Shown here: piece after piece, positions 24,870 to 38,394 of the stretch | Position numbering within the stretch: the stretch's first letter is position 1 | Layout of the letters: each line of letters starts with the position of its first letter | From: Azolla caroliniana | Taxonomy: Eukaryota; Plantae; Polypodiophyta | Length of the DNA stretch: 64,000 bases | Direction of reading: 5' to 3' | Assembly (NCBI GenBank): GCA_043228905.1 | Contig: JBHGNT010000013.1 | Location: 2,170,001-2,234,000 of the forward strand | Notes under the pieces: model-generated | Told to the model about the DNA's origin: nothing | Database searches by the model: none | The model's input: the letters and a program-made list of their open reading frames with translations, nothing else | Position numbers and translations under genes: made by a program

Positions 24870-25515
24870 AGATCCAACTTCTTACGCTTTTCATCCGGTA
24901 CATGCACATAGGCTATGCTACCAAAGATCCGAAGGTGTCTCAAATTCGACTTCTGCCCCAAAATACAACTCATGTGCCGACACCTCCTCCTGGATCCAGT
25001 TTTGGATGTAGAACCGTTGTTATGGGCATGACCATATAATATCCCGTGGTGAGAATTTACCGTAGTATTCTATACACGTGGATAAGTGTGAGGGTTAAAC
25101 AAGAGTGTAAAGAAGGGGAGGATTACTTTTAATCCTCGGGATTGAGACAACCCATTAGGTCAAGTGTGAACTTGCCTGGGGGCCTTGGGTATCGCTATAA
25201 ATAAGAGGCCTAGCTACCCTCATTTGATCATCTTCTTGACTACATCGAGACTCTGCTCTTGTGGTGGGTCAACTCTTGTAGCGAGCGCGCCAGCACCAGG
25301 TACGAGTCGACGCCACGGCGGTGGTATGGGACGCCGATCGAGGCTCGAGTCTGTCTCGATCCCTTCGCTCGGGGGTGGTCGGGTGGATCGGCACCCTTCT
25401 TTCTCTTTCTCCTTTCTATCTATCATTTCTTTATCCTTATCTTAAGCTTACTTTAGTACTTAGATCTCTAATAACCGCGTCAGCCTAGTAGAATTTGGGC
25501 ATGCTCTTCTCCTCT
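24870..25515 (-). mobile_element. Copia integrase fragment interrupted by a solo LTR
   Basis: 24870-25017 and 25476-25515 together match the uninterrupted copy at 10425-10605. Confidence 0.8.
25018..25475 (+). repeat. Probable solo LTR of an otherwise unrepresented family
   Basis: TGTTA...TAAC ends, TATAAATA near 25195, absent from the homologous site at ~10567; TSD imperfect. Confidence 0.65.
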
Positions 25516-26127
25516 TGCATTGCCCTTGCAGCGTCGACAATCGTTCGTTGCGTGACTCGGGTGGGAACCTTTGGGGTTTTGGACTAGGAAGAGGAAGAAT
25601 TTGAGACAAGTTTATATTTATGGATAGATCATTAGAAAGAGAGATAGAAATTTCGTGAATCCCACGAGTGTATTGTATTCGATTAATCAATATTTAGATA
25701 AGAATATGTAGAAGATTGAAAGAAAGAGATTAAAAAGAACTTGTGAATCCCACAAGTATAGATTATGTCGTGAATCCCACGAATATATTTTGTTAATTGG
25801 TGTTTTAGGATATATATCCAATTTCCAAATAATCCACACACTTATTACATTGTGCTCCCCATCCTTATATGGTGATGAGAGAGTCTTCACAATCCATGCA
25901 TAAACTTTATGCTTTTCCTATCAATAGACTATATGCTTTATTTAACATGCTTTTTCTAAAGTGATCATGCTTTTTCTAATTTGTGTGTTTTTTATTGACT
26001 ATAGTGTTCATGCATGCTACAGGTGCATGTGTAGCTTTTTCTTTTATCATGCGTTTTTCTAAAGTTTATCCTAGCGTGAACTTTCATTTTTATGTTGGAC
26101 ATCTACTTTTTAACACTAATGAAAAGC

Positions 26128-26180
26128 TAGTGAAATGGTAAGACATTACGTTATTAACATGGAGGTCCAATGTTCGAATC
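26128..26180 (+). promoter_or_regulatory. tRNA-like Pol III A/B-box module in LTR U3
   Basis: TAGTGAAATGG (26128) and TGTTCGAATC (26171); T-runs at ~26212-26225 could terminate Pol III. Confidence 0.65.
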
Positions 26181-27284
26181 TTGCCCTGTGCATGTAATGC
26201 TTAGTTTGATATTTTCTTCTTTTTTCTTCATATTTATTCAATCGGTTATTTTATATTATTTTCATGTAGTGTACTAAATACACTACAACACTCACCCCCT
26301 CCGAAACCACAAATCCTCCGGCATGTGCAGAAGTTGTCGGTGATTGTTAGCCTTCTCCGTCCGGTCTCCGCCTGGTTTGTTTCATCACTAGTCGTTTTCG
26401 GTTGCCGGCTGCGTCTGTTCGCCGATTTTCAGTTGCTTGCTCTACCCGGTTTCCGGTTACTGGCCCTTGTAATTCTTCTTTACTTGTAGTACCCTCCGTT
26501 TCTCTTGCTATGTCCACTTTGTCTCTCCATTTCGAGCACAACCATTCTTTCCACCCAACTCATTTTCACCATCCGATCCACCATAGTCTTCGTTCACTCT
26601 TTGCATAGCCATGGCTGATTGTCGCAACTCCTCGTGCTATTCTTAAGCATAACCATTCATGTCTTGTCAAATTTGCTTGGCCCGCTTGGTCCTTCTTATC
26701 TGTTGTAGTGCCTTTACTTGGCCTTGTCCTTGTCTTTATCAATGTCGAATTCTCTTCGAATCTCTGGTTGAGTCAGATTAGCTTCTTTCCAAATCGGTGT
26801 CGTCCGATCGTCTTTCGGTTGGATCGGCTTCCATTCCGATTTGGAGTTGGTTGATTGGTTTTTACCGATTCAATAGTTGCTTCCTTTTCCTTGTTTTGAC
26901 CGGTCTCGACCGGTTCGACCTCCAGCATTTCTTTCCGGATCGGTCTCGTCTAGTCGGCTTTTGGTTGGAATGATTTCCGTCCGCATGGAACTCGACGAAT
27001 TGGATTTTGTCCAAATCCACTTCTGCTTGCTTTAGCTTTCGTTTAGACCGGAATTCCGGCCGGATCATCTTGCGTCCAAATCCTCTTTCGGCTTTACATT
27101 CTTTGCTCGCACCTCCTGTCTCTCTGGTCTCACGTTGGTTCTCGAACACAACCGCCGAAGTCTCTATAATTAATGGGTAGGAATCGTCGGTATTATCGTC
27201 CTCCGTCGTTTCACCCATAGCCACCTTCTCGTCTATCTCTCCGTCGTCTGCATCATCTTCGACCTTTGTTTTCTCTCCGTCTCT

Positions 27285-30200
27285 TGTTGAGAACTCGACG
27301 TTCCTTATGTCCGACGCTCGGCCACAACCAAGATTCTTTTCATACACAGAAAAAGAGGTAATGAAACGCGACACAAAGGGGAGAAATGGTACATAGGAGG
27401 TTTACGTGGAAAAAAAACCCCAAAATAGGGGAAAAACCATGGCAGCCCACAGGCTGCAAACTGTCACTATGTAGGAATATACAACAGTGAGTTCACTGAG
27501 GCAACGACCTCGTGCTCTCAGATCTTCGCCACAAGCGGCGGTTACAACAGAGGCAACGACCTCGTCTCTCACACTCTCTCTCTCTCTGTATAGTTACGCG
27601 CTCTCACTTCTTCTTGGACCAACAAGGAAGAATAACAGTAGAACACAAAAAAGTTTGCCCTAAGTCATATTTATACTAATATGACTTTTCGACTAATTAC
27701 AAATGTAGCCTCGATGGGCTCTCAGAAACATATTTACGAATATGTCTCTTCCTCCGGTTCATACCGGGCCTGCACTATCCGGCTCTCCGTAGTCGGGTAC
27801 TCCCCATCTGGTTCATCCCGGGCCTACACCATTGGGCTCTCCACAGTCGGGTACTCCCCATCCAGTTCATACCGGGCCTACACCATCCGGCTCTCCGTAG
27901 TCGGGTACTCCCCATCCGGTTCATACCAGGCCTACACCATCCGGCTCTCCGCAGTCGGGTACCCCCCATCCGGTTCATACCGTTTCGGCCGAGGCCTGTC
28001 GGCCTCCGCCGAGTTTGTTCATCGGCATTGCTCTTCTCCCTTCCCATCCGGAGGGACCTGTCTCCCAACAAACTCCCCCTTCACTCCGGCATGGGGTGTC
28101 TTTCCAGCCTGATCCTCTTCCGGCATGCGTCCAGCTTGTCAGGTGTCAGCACTTTGGTCAGCATATCTGACCCGTTCTCGGCCGTGTGGATCTTCGCCAG
28201 TGCGAACTCCTGGTCATCTACCCTTTCCTGGATCCAGTGATACCTCCGCTGGATATGCTTCGTCCGGGAATGGGAGGCCGCATTCTTAGCAAGGTGGATG
28301 GCACTTTGACTGTCGTAGTAGAGTCGGTATTCCTCTTGCCGGATACCGAGCTCTCCGATGAAGTCCTTCATCCATAATATTTCCTTGCCGGCTTCTACAG
28401 CCACCATGTACTCCGCCTCTGTGGTTGACAATGCAACCGTCTTCTGCAGCCTTGACTGCCACGAAACAGCTCCCCCTGCATATGTCATCACATACCCGGA
28501 TGTAGACCGGCTGGTATCCACATCAGCCGACATGTCCGAATCGGTGAAACTGTCCAGTTGAGGTTTCCCGGAGCCGAATCGGAGGCACATATTTGAAGTG
28601 CCCTTCAAATACCGGAGTATCCATTTGACCGCGTTCCAATGCTCCTTGCCGGGATTACTCATGAGCCGGCTCACCACTCCGACTGCGTATCCAATGTCCG
28701 GTCGGGTACAAACCATTGTGTACATCAAGCTCCCGATGGCAGAGGCATATGGAATCTTCATCATTTCTGCCTTCTCTCCTTTTGTCTTCGGGCTTTGCTT
28801 GCCAGACAACTTGCAGTTTGCCGGAAGTGTCGATCCGACCGGTTTTGCATCTGACATGTTGAACCGCTGAAGCACCTTTGTCACATACTTCTCCTGTGAC
28901 AACCATACTTGCTTCACTAACCGGTCCCGAATGATGTGCATACCCAACATCTGTCTTGCCGGACCCAAGTCTTTCATTGAGAAGGTACGGTTGAGAGCCT
29001 TCTTCAGCATCCGTATTTTGCCTTGGTCTCGTCCGACGATCAACATGTCATCCACGTACAGGAGAAGTATCAGGAAGTCCCCTCCTTCGAACTTCTTCAC
29101 GAACACGCAGTGATCGGCCTGCGTCTTATGGTACCCTTGATCGGTCATGAAGGAGTCGAACTTCCGGTACCATTGCCGGGGAGCCTGCTTCAGTTCGTAC
29201 AAGCTCTTCTTCAACCGCCATACCAGGTGCTCCTTCCCTTTCTCCACAAATCCTTCCGGTTGCTGCATGTAGATTTCCTCTTCGAGGTCGCCGTGAAGGA
29301 ATGTCGTCTTCACGTCCAGCTGCTCTACCTCGAGATCCATGCTTGCTGCTATACTCAGCACCGTCCGGATGGAGGTCATCTTTACTACCGGGGCGAATAT
29401 TTCATCGAAGTCCACGCCCTTCTTCTGCTGGAACCCCTTCACCACGATCCTGGCTTTGTATCTCGGGGGGTTGCCGGCATCTCCCGGTTTCAACTTGAAC
29501 ACCCACTTGTTTCGGAGTGCCCGCTTTCCTTTCGGCAGCTCCGCCAATTCGTACGTATGGTTCTCATGCAGAGAATCCATCTCATCCTACATGGCACTTA
29601 ACCATTTTCGGCTGTGGGTGTCTTCCTTCGCTTCTTCGAAGCTTTCCGGCTCCCCCTCATCGGTCAGCAGGACATGCACTGCATCCGGAAATCTCCGGGG
29701 CGCCCTTCTGTCTCTGAGAGGACATCTACGTCTTCGGGCTTCGGTAACTGGTTCCTCCATTTGCTCTTCATCCAAATCCGATTCGGGGTCTTGACCGGTT
29801 CCGGTCTCAGCTTCCTCTACTTCTTCTTCTGCCGGTTCGGTATCCTCACCATAACCGGCTGGTTCCTCGAGTGCTAACCAGTCTCTTGCCGGTTGGGTCT
29901 GCTCATTGTAGAGTCTATCCTTACCGGTCAGCGAGCGTCTTGTCCTCCATGAAGATAATATCTCGACTCCGGAATACCTTCTTGTCGACCGGGTCCCACA
30001 CTCGGTAGCCGAACTCATCGTCACCGTAACCGAGGAATATGCATGGCCGGGTCTTTGGATCTAGCTTTCCTCTCCGGTCCTTTGCTACATGCACGTACGC
30101 GAGACACCCGAACACCCTCAGATGCCGGTAGGACACTTCCTTACCGGTCCATACTCTCTGTGGCGTGTCTCCGTCCAACGGTACTGAGGGTGATCTGTTT

Positions 30201-32885
30201 ATCACATATGTCGCCGTCGACAGTGCCTCAACCCAAAACGTCTTGGGTAGTTTTGCATGCGCTAGCATACTCCGGACCCTCTCCATTATGGTCCGGTTCA
30301 TCCTCTCGGCTAGTCCGTTTAGTTCCGGCGTCTTCGACACGGTAAATTCGAGCCGGATTCCCTTCGAGCGGCAGTACTCCTCGAACTGCCCCCAGTACTC
30401 TCCTCCGTTATCTGCTCGAACCGCCTTCAGCTTCCGGCCGGTTTCTCTTTCCACTCTCGCGTGGAGCTCTTTGAAGACTGATAACACCTGATCCTTTGTC
30501 TTCAGCGGTGTGGCCCACAGCTTCCGGCTGTGGTCATCTATGAACGTCACGAAGTACTGCGCTCCGGCATGTGATTTCGTGTCTACTTGACAAACATCCG
30601 TATGCACCAACTCCAGTGGTGCATTACGTCTCATCGGTGGCCTTGGTCGGAAGGAGGTCCGGTTCTGCTTACCGGCCAGACAATCAGTGCACTTCTCTAA
30701 GTGCACGTTCTTCACTGGAATGAGGTTGTCGTCTCCAAGCCTCTTCATCCCCTTCTCACTCATGTGACATAGCCTCTTGTGCCACAGCTCACCGGCAGTG
30801 TCGGAGGCCACGTTCACTTCTTCCGAACATAACCGGGCATTCATCAGGTACAATGTGTTTACCTTTCGGACCCGAGCCACAATCAGGCTCCCTTTGCAGA
30901 ACTTCATGACACCGTTCAGGATGCTACCCGTGTAGCCTTCATCATCTAGCCGACCGGCTGATATCAGGTTCAGACGAACTTCCAGAACGTGTCGGACATC
31001 CTTCAACAGCAACTTGCATCCGGTTGGTGTTGTCAGACACACGTCTCCTATGCCGAAAATTCGGCATGTTCCTTCATTCCCCATCCGGACACAGCCGTGA
31101 TCACCGGCTGAGTAGGATGAGAAGCATTTCCGGTCCGGGGTAAGGTGGAACGACGCTCCGGAGTCTACCACCCAGGTCATCTCGCCGCCGGCATGGTTTA
31201 TCTCACTCTCCTCGGTGATGAGCATCAACTCTTCTTCACTTGCCGCAATTGCCGTCGTTCCCTTCCGGTCCGGCCCCCTCCGGTCTTTACCGTTCCGGTC
31301 TGTACCGTTCCGGTTCAAGGTTCGCTTCGAATCGGTACCGTCGGTTTCCTTCTCTTTACGGAAATGCCGACAGTTCTTTTGGAAGTGTCCCGACTTGCCG
31401 CAAATGAAGCAAGTAGGCCTCCCCCTTGACTTTGACCGTGTCCCCGACTTCTCCCGGTTTTGGGGACTACGGTTTCTATGTCTTCCGCGTTCCGATTCGG
31501 TAAGGAGTGCTTTGGAGTCGGAGCTCGTATCTTTGTCTTTCCGACGAGCCTCCTCATCTAGCAAGCTCGACTTTACTCTTGCTAGGGATAACCGTTTTCC
31601 TTCCGGCCCGGCGTTGCCCAAAGTGACAACCAACGTCTCCCAGCTATTCGGGAGGGAACCGAGCAGGAGTAGCGCTAGGACCTCATCGGCAAGAGGTACT
31701 TCCAATGACGTTGCCTGGTGGATCAGCCCCTGGAAGGCATTCATATGCTCCGCCATGCTGGAGCCATCTTGGTACCGGAGTCATACTAGCTTCCGGAATA
31801 CCGACACCTGATTGACAACATTTTTGTTCTGGAACATTATGCCGATCTTCTCCCAGAGCTCATGAGCCTTGCTCTCTACATTGAAGTTGTTGTACAGGCT
31901 CATGTCGATGAAGCACCGTATGTACGCCGTTGTCTTCATGTGCATCACCTCCCATATTGCGGCGTCGATTTTGTCCGGTCTCTTGTCCCCGAACTGAACC
32001 AGCAGCTAGAGGTCTTTAACCACGAGCATGTCCCTCATCTTCGACTTCCACACTGAATAGTTGGAGCCGGTGAGCTTGAACATGCCGCCAAACGATTCGT
32101 CCATTTTCTGTGTCGATTTCGCTCTGATACCACTTGTTGAGAACTCGACGTTCCTTATGTCCGACGCTCGGCCACAACCGAGATTCTTTTCATACACAGA
32201 AAAAGAGGTAATGAAACGCGACACAAAGGGGAGAAATGGTACACAGGAGGTTTACGTGGAAAAAAAACCCCAAAATAGGGGAAAAACCACGGCAGCCCAC
32301 AGGCTACAAACTGTCACTATGTAGGAATATACAACAGTGAGTTCACTGAGGCAACGACCTCGTGCTCTCATATCTTCGCCACAGGCGGCGGTTACAATAG
32401 AGGCAACGACCTCGTCTCTCACTCTCTCTCTCTCTCTCTGTACAGTTACGCGCTCTCACTTCTTCTTGCACCAACAAGGAAGAATAACAGCAGAACACAA
32501 AAAAGTTTGCCCTAAGTCATATTTATACTAATATGACTTTTCGGCTATTTACAAATGTAGCCTCGATGGGCTCTCAGAAACATATTTACGAATATGTCTC
32601 TTCCTCCGGTTCATACCGGGCCTACACCATCCGGCTCTCCGTAGTCGGGTACTGCCCATCCGGTTCATACCGGGCCTACACCATCTGGCTCTCCGCAGTC
32701 GGGTACTCCCCATCCGGTTCATAACGGGCCTACACCATCCGGCTCTCCGTAGTCGGGTACTCCCCATCCGGTTCATACCGGGCCTACACCATTCGGCTCT
32801 CCGCAGTCGGGTATCGGCCTCGGCCGAGTTTTTTCATCGGCACTGCTCTTCTCCCTTCCCATCCGGAGGGACCTGTCTCCCAACA
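27285..32885 (-). mobile_element. Full-length decayed Ty1/Copia (Tork/Tnt1-like)
   Basis: LTRs 27285-28070 and 32135-32885; TSD TCTCT (27280-27284, 32886-32890); PBS TGGTATCAGAGC (tRNA-iMet) at 32121-32132; PPT from 28071; 54-bp U3 tandem repeats. Confidence 0.95.
28081..32104 (-). pseudogene. Copia gag-PR-INT-RT-RH polyprotein, disrupted
   Basis: CFICGKSGHFQKNC, VDSGAS, VHTDVC/ADNGGEY/LAERMN, YVDD, EAEY. Split into ORFs 32006-32104, 29921-31756, 29587-30024 and 28081-29580. Confidence 0.93.
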
Positions 32886-34238
32886 TCTCTTCGGTCTCAC
32901 GTTGCCTTCCAGATGCAACTGCGAGAGTCTCTAGAATTAGTGATGGGAAATTCTCGATATGGTCATCCGACATTGATTCGTCCATAGCCACCTCCGATTC
33001 GATGTAATGTTTTGTGGTGACCTCCTTAATCAGGTCCGCCTCGCACTCTTTATCTCCATCAATTATGAAAGCATCTATTATGCTTACCTCTTTCTCATCC
33101 GATGTCTTGAACACTCGTATCCCGAAATCTTCTTCTACACTTGAAGTGGTGTTCATCACTCTCAGCTTGAAGTGGTGCTCGAATTCTAGGAATGCTTCCG
33201 TTGCACTTCGGTGGGTCTTCTTCGATGCCACCCATTCATCGAACGCTCGCCGATCTCGTCCCTTCAATCTCTCGTAGTCATATGCCTCTCGTAAAGCTTC
33301 TTCAAAGGACCCGCATGTTGGGTTTTGTTGCCGTATGTTGTAGATTCTCTCTTGTAACCCATCTGTGGCTACCCGGCTGAAGGATATCACTTGCAATCCT
33401 TCCGGTATCCCACATCACATCATCTCTACCTTGTATTCACCTAGATAGCGTGACACATCATTTCTGTTGAATTGCCCATTTCTTTGCACAAACCACTCTA
33501 TTGCCGACTTCATCTCCGACATCGCAAGTTGCTCTTGTTGCAGCCGCTCAATTATCATCATCATTATGGTCATCGCCTCTTGTTGATTCTCCATCTCCTT
33601 GCCACCCGCTTTCACGTCGGGTTCACCAAATGTGTCGTGCCTTTCAGTGCCAAATCGTTGCATGAGTCGGGTGGGAACCGCTCGGGTTTTGGACTAGGAA
33701 GAGGAAGAATTTGAGACAAGTTTATTGCTATGGATAGATTATTAGAAAGAGAGATAGAAATTTTGTGAATCCCAAGAGTGTATTATATTCCATTAATCAA
33801 TATTTAGATAAGAATATGTATTTAGATTGAAAGAAAGAGATTAAAAAGAACTTGTGAATCCCACAAGTATAGATTATGTCGTGAATCCTACAAATATAGT
33901 TTGTTAATTGGTGTTTTAGGAAATATATCCAATTTCCAAATAATCCACACACTTATTACTTTGTGCTCCCCATCCTTATATGGTGATGAGAGAGTCTTCA
34001 CAATCCATGCTTAAACTTTATGCTTTTCCTATCAATAGACTATATGCTTTATTTAACATGCTTTCTCTAAAGTGAACATGTTTTTCCTAATATATGCGTT
34101 TTTTATTGACTATAGTGATGATGCACACTACATGTGCATGTGTAGCCTTTTCTTTTATCATGCGTTTTTCTAAAGTTTATCCTAGCGTGAACTTACGTTT
34201 TTATGTGGGACATCTACTTTTTAACACTAATGAAATGT

Positions 34239-34291
34239 TAGTGAAATGGTAAGACATTACATTATTAACATGGAGGTGCAAGGTTCGAATC
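34239..34291 (+). promoter_or_regulatory. tRNA-like Pol III A/B-box module in LTR U3
   Basis: TAGTGAAATGG (34239) and GGTTCGAATC (34282); spacing 43. Confidence 0.7.
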
Positions 34292-34331
34292 TTGCCCTAT
34301 GCATGTAATTCTTATTTTGATATTTTCTTCT

Positions 34332-36637
34332 CCGAATCTTGAACCGTATCAGCTTCCTCCGATTCATTCCAGGTTTTGTCCGACTTGGTAGTCTCCAACT
34401 CGTCTTCCGTTTTTAGGCCCTTCACCACATCAGATCACGTCTGTGTCTCGGCCTTCTTCCGGTTGACTAGATTGTCCTGCTTGACTCTGCCACCGCCGCC
34501 GCTTGCTTTGACATGTTCGGATGTGGCGACTCCTTCGGTCGGCTCGGGTTCCTTTATCTACACATCTCCCCCATTGGTTCTTTCTTCCTATCTGGCTCCT
34601 TGTCCGGTGCCATCCATTCCAGCGCCTGCTCTTGCCCTCAAGTGCGGCACATTGAGATGAGAAATGCCGAGCATCTCTGAAAAATTCTGCAACTTTTATG
34701 ATCTGAGCGGCTTGGTGAAGATGTCGGCTACCTACTGATCCGTGTGACCATATCAAAATTTAACATCACCGCTCAGAACCCGCTCACGCACAAAGTGATA
34801 CTGCACTTCTATGTGCTTCGTCCGAGCATAGAGTACACGGTTCTTGGCGAGTTGTAGGTTTCTTATGTTGTCACCATAAATCAAGATTGGGCTCCGCACC
34901 TCAATCAGGAGGTCTCATAGGAGTCGCCGAAGCTAGATGGCTTCACAGGTGGCAATTGTAGCGCCCGGGTATTCAGGCTCAGTGCTCGACAGACCCACTA
35001 TTGGCTACTTTTTGTTGGTCCACGCAACAACCGCACTACCATGTGAAAACATGTAACCGAAGGTGGATTGGAGATCCGATGCATCACCAACCCAATCAGC
35101 ATCGGTATATCCGACTAGCTTCCTAGCTATACCGTGTCGATATAATAGTCTCCAATCCTTCGTGCCGCTAACATACCGAAGTATCCAGTGTGCGCACTAA
35201 AGCTGCTCAACGGTCGACTTTTGCATGAACTGGCTGATCACTCTGACCGGGTAACTGATGTTGGGTCGAGCGATTGTCAAGTATATGAGGCTTTCGACAA
35301 TTGGTCAGAACTGTTTCTCATCGTAGGCCGAGCCGGAGTCGGGACAAAGCTTCAGGTTCCGGTCTAGGGGTGTGGAGATCAGTCGACATTCCGTCATGCC
35401 GAACTTGTACAACATATTCAACACATACTGTCTTTGTGACAACAACATGCCATCGAGGGGTTCGAATCACCTCAATCCCAAGAAAATAATAAAGGTCCCC
35501 CAGGTCCGATAATTGGGACTTCACTCTGCCGATTTCATCCAGTCTAGGTCCCGTGATGACTAAATCATCAACATATGGCAGGATATAGACCGGAACGTTC
35601 GAACCTTTCCGGATGAACAATGACGAGTTGGACTTTGAGGCTGCAAACCCCATCTTATGGAACTGGTGCGTGATCTTCGTATTCCAAGCTCGGTGGGCTT
35701 GCTTCAGACCGTAAAACGACTTCTTGAGTCAAAATACTGCCGCCTCGTTCATCTCCGATTGGAATATGAGGGGTTGGATCATATAGACCCGTTCTTCAAG
35801 GCCACCTTGAAGAAAAACATTCTTCATGTCCATTTGGTGAAGACGCCATCCCCTTACCGCAACAACAACCAATAACACACGAACCGTCGTCATCTTCGCT
35901 ACCGGAGCAAGGGTCTCATCATAGTTGATTCCGTGGGTCTATGCGTATCCCTTTGCCATTAACCGGGCCTTGTACTGGTTGACTTAAGCGTCAACATTGT
36001 ACTTCACCTTATATACCCATTTGCAACCGATCGGTTTACACTATTAAGGAGGGTCAACTAGGTCGCATGTATCATTGGCATCAAGTACCCGCATTTCTTA
36101 CTTCATTGCAGCATGCCAATTTGCGTCTTTTGCTGCTTCTGTGTAGCTCTCCGGCTCACGCACTTCCGCCACCTTAGTCATGTACGCATAGTGATGCGCC
36201 ATGTTCTCATTGTACCCGTACCTCATGACGGTTTTCTTTTGACGGGTTGATTAGTGTAACTTCTCGTTAACCGGTTGGAGTCCCTTCTTTGCTGATTTAG
36301 ACTTCCTTTCTGAAGATCCGCCTTCGTCCTTTCCGGGGTAAAATTTGTTCTGGTCCAACCCTTTAGTGCTGGTATCTTATTCCGGCATCTTCTTCTTCCC
36401 CTTCTCTTTGCACATGAACCGTCTCCTCGGTTCCTTGCGCGGGGAGAGCACGACAGAGTTTCCACTACTCGCCGGTTCTTCATCGAACTGGTCATCTCGA
36501 CTTAGCCACTTAGCCAGAATGAGATCAGACCCTCATCTAGAGTACCGAATCCTTCATCTTCTTCTGGAACCCCTCTAGGTTAACTAGCCTCATCCTGCGG
36601 AATCCAGTCTTTGTCGGGACCTGGAGTCGGTAGGGAG
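34332..36637 (-). mobile_element. Largest fragment of the fragmented Copia (linker, RT, RNase H, C-terminal tail), possibly Bryco-like
   Basis: YVDDLVITG, YFLGIEV, KHIEVQYHFVRERV; many stops. Confidence 0.85.
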
Positions 36638-37928
36638 TTCGTACATGTGACACCTGTTGTTGAGCCAAAATACCCAATCATCGTCCTGATGGCTTGTTAC
36701 AACCATTACCGCCTCCAACTAAGCCGTGATAGTCTAGTTCTATGGATTTCATTACGGATCTGCCACCTTCAAAAGGATTTAATACTATTTTAACAGTAGT
36801 CGATTGATTTACCAAGATGGCACATTTTTTACCATGTGTAAAGAGCATCAGTAGTCAGGAAAGCATAGATCTCATTGTGCATGAAGTGTCATCCACAAAC
36901 TGATGGACAAACAGAGCGCACAAATCAAACGCTCGAGCAATATCATCATTGCTTCATCAATTATCAGCAACATGATTGTAGTAATATTTTATATCTTGCT
37001 TGGTTTGCATATAATAACAGGATACACTCTTCTACCAAGGTTACACCTTTCTTTGCCTACAGTGGCAACCATCCTCGATGGTGTATCCAAGATTTTCTTG
37101 AGGTCGCACGAAACTGTAGTGCAAAGCATTAGCTTCATCGACTACACCAAATCCAGTTAGTGTTATCTTCACATCTTCAAACATCGTAAGCACAACATAA
37201 GACTAATGCAAATCGCCATCATCTTATGTCTCCATTTAAGGTTGGTGACCGAGTATGGTTGCTTCGTCGTCACGTCAAGACTAACCGACCCTGTGAGAAA
37301 CTCGATTATCAGTGCTCAGGTCATTTTCTCATCACGGCGTGGATTAATGATGCAACCTTTCGTCTTAACCTTCCAGCACACATGCGGCTTCACCCAATCT
37401 TTCATAGCTCTCTTTTGGAACCTTGTCACACCTCTTCCATTCCTAATCGAGTCGTGCCACCTCCGCCCCCAATCCAACTTGTTGACGGCCCCGAATATGA
37501 GATAGCAACTATTCTCGATTCTAAGATTGTGCGTAATAAGCTCTATTATTTGGTTCATTGGGTACGCTATCGTCCAAGTGATCGCACTTGGGAACCCGTC
37601 AATACTACTTCTAATGCTCAAGCTCTTGTCGACGACTTCATGGACATAAACATCATGGATTCACCTAGGCTTGAACCCCAGACCTTGTAATACATAATGA
37701 AGAACCCAACCATTAAGATAGCCTATGATTATATGAGATGATAAAGGCTACTTCTTGTAATACACCGATTATTGTATATACTCAAGAACATTATCCTAAA
37801 ACATCTTAGAATATTCTAGGTCTAGAACATTATAGAAATCTCTAGGCTATTCTATAGGAACCTATAAAAATAGGGGCATACATGTATTCTCAAATCAATA
37901 CCAATCTTAGCTCTCATCGCCTATCTTG
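36638..37928 (+). mobile_element. 3' part of Tcn1-like Gypsy (family H): integrase, chromodomain and 5' part of the 3' LTR
   Basis: HPQTDGQTER, HPIFHSSLLEP, chromodomain EYEIATILDSK...YYLVHW...TWEP; TATA at 37863; interrupted at TCTTG 37924-37928. Confidence 0.88.
37668..37720 (-). promoter_or_regulatory. tRNA-like Pol III A/B-box module in LTR U3
   Basis: Minus strand TATCTTAATGG (from 37720), AAGGTC, GGTTCAAGCC (from 37677); spacing 43. Confidence 0.6.
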
Positions 37929-38326
37929 TGTCAAGGCCTTAGCTTGACAAAAGAAGATTGAACAAGAGAGGAAAAGAAAGAGAGAACAATGGCTATATTT
38001 TTATTATAATAGGAAATTATACAAAAGGAAGAACTAGAATATTTGACAAAGACTGGTGTTGAACTAGAATGGTTCTAACAATCCAATATGTCCTATTTAT
38101 ATAGGAGTAGTATGTGCCCCTTGGATGTTTGTAGGGTCATGATACCCTTTGGGATGTTGTAGGGTCATGATACCCTTTGGGATATAGAAGGGTCTTGGCA
38201 CCCTTTGGGATATTGAAGGGTCTTGGCACCCTTTGGGATATTGCAAGGCACCCTTTGGATATTTATAGGGTTACATTATCAATATTATAATAAAGTAAAT
38301 TATACTATCTTTACGTAAAACATATA

Positions 38327-38380
38327 TAACCTAATGGCTAGAGTTGAGTGGTCCTCTTTAGGAGGTCACGGGTACGAGTC
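38327..38380 (+). promoter_or_regulatory. tRNA-like Pol III A/B-box module in LTR U3 (B-box mutated)
   Basis: TAACCTAATGG (38327) and GGTACGAGTC (38371); spacing 44. Confidence 0.6.
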
Positions 38381-38394
38381 ACCCTAAACCTCAT

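Larger units (their letters stand above)
25520..34331 (-). mobile_element. Non-autonomous tRNA-Trp-primed Gypsy derivative (gag-like only) hosting a Copia insertion
   Basis: 3' LTR ~25520-26290 with PPT at 26291-26302; 5' LTR 33633-~34331; PBS 33612-33628 complementary to the tRNA-Trp 3' end. The ~1.7 kb internal region has no pol motifs. Confidence 0.82.

Noticed and set aside
27754-27980. Regular 54-bp repeats resembling a CRISPR array or repeat-protein ORF
   Set aside because: Head-to-tail units without unique spacers, inside both LTRs of a Copia; no cas genes; eukaryotic context.
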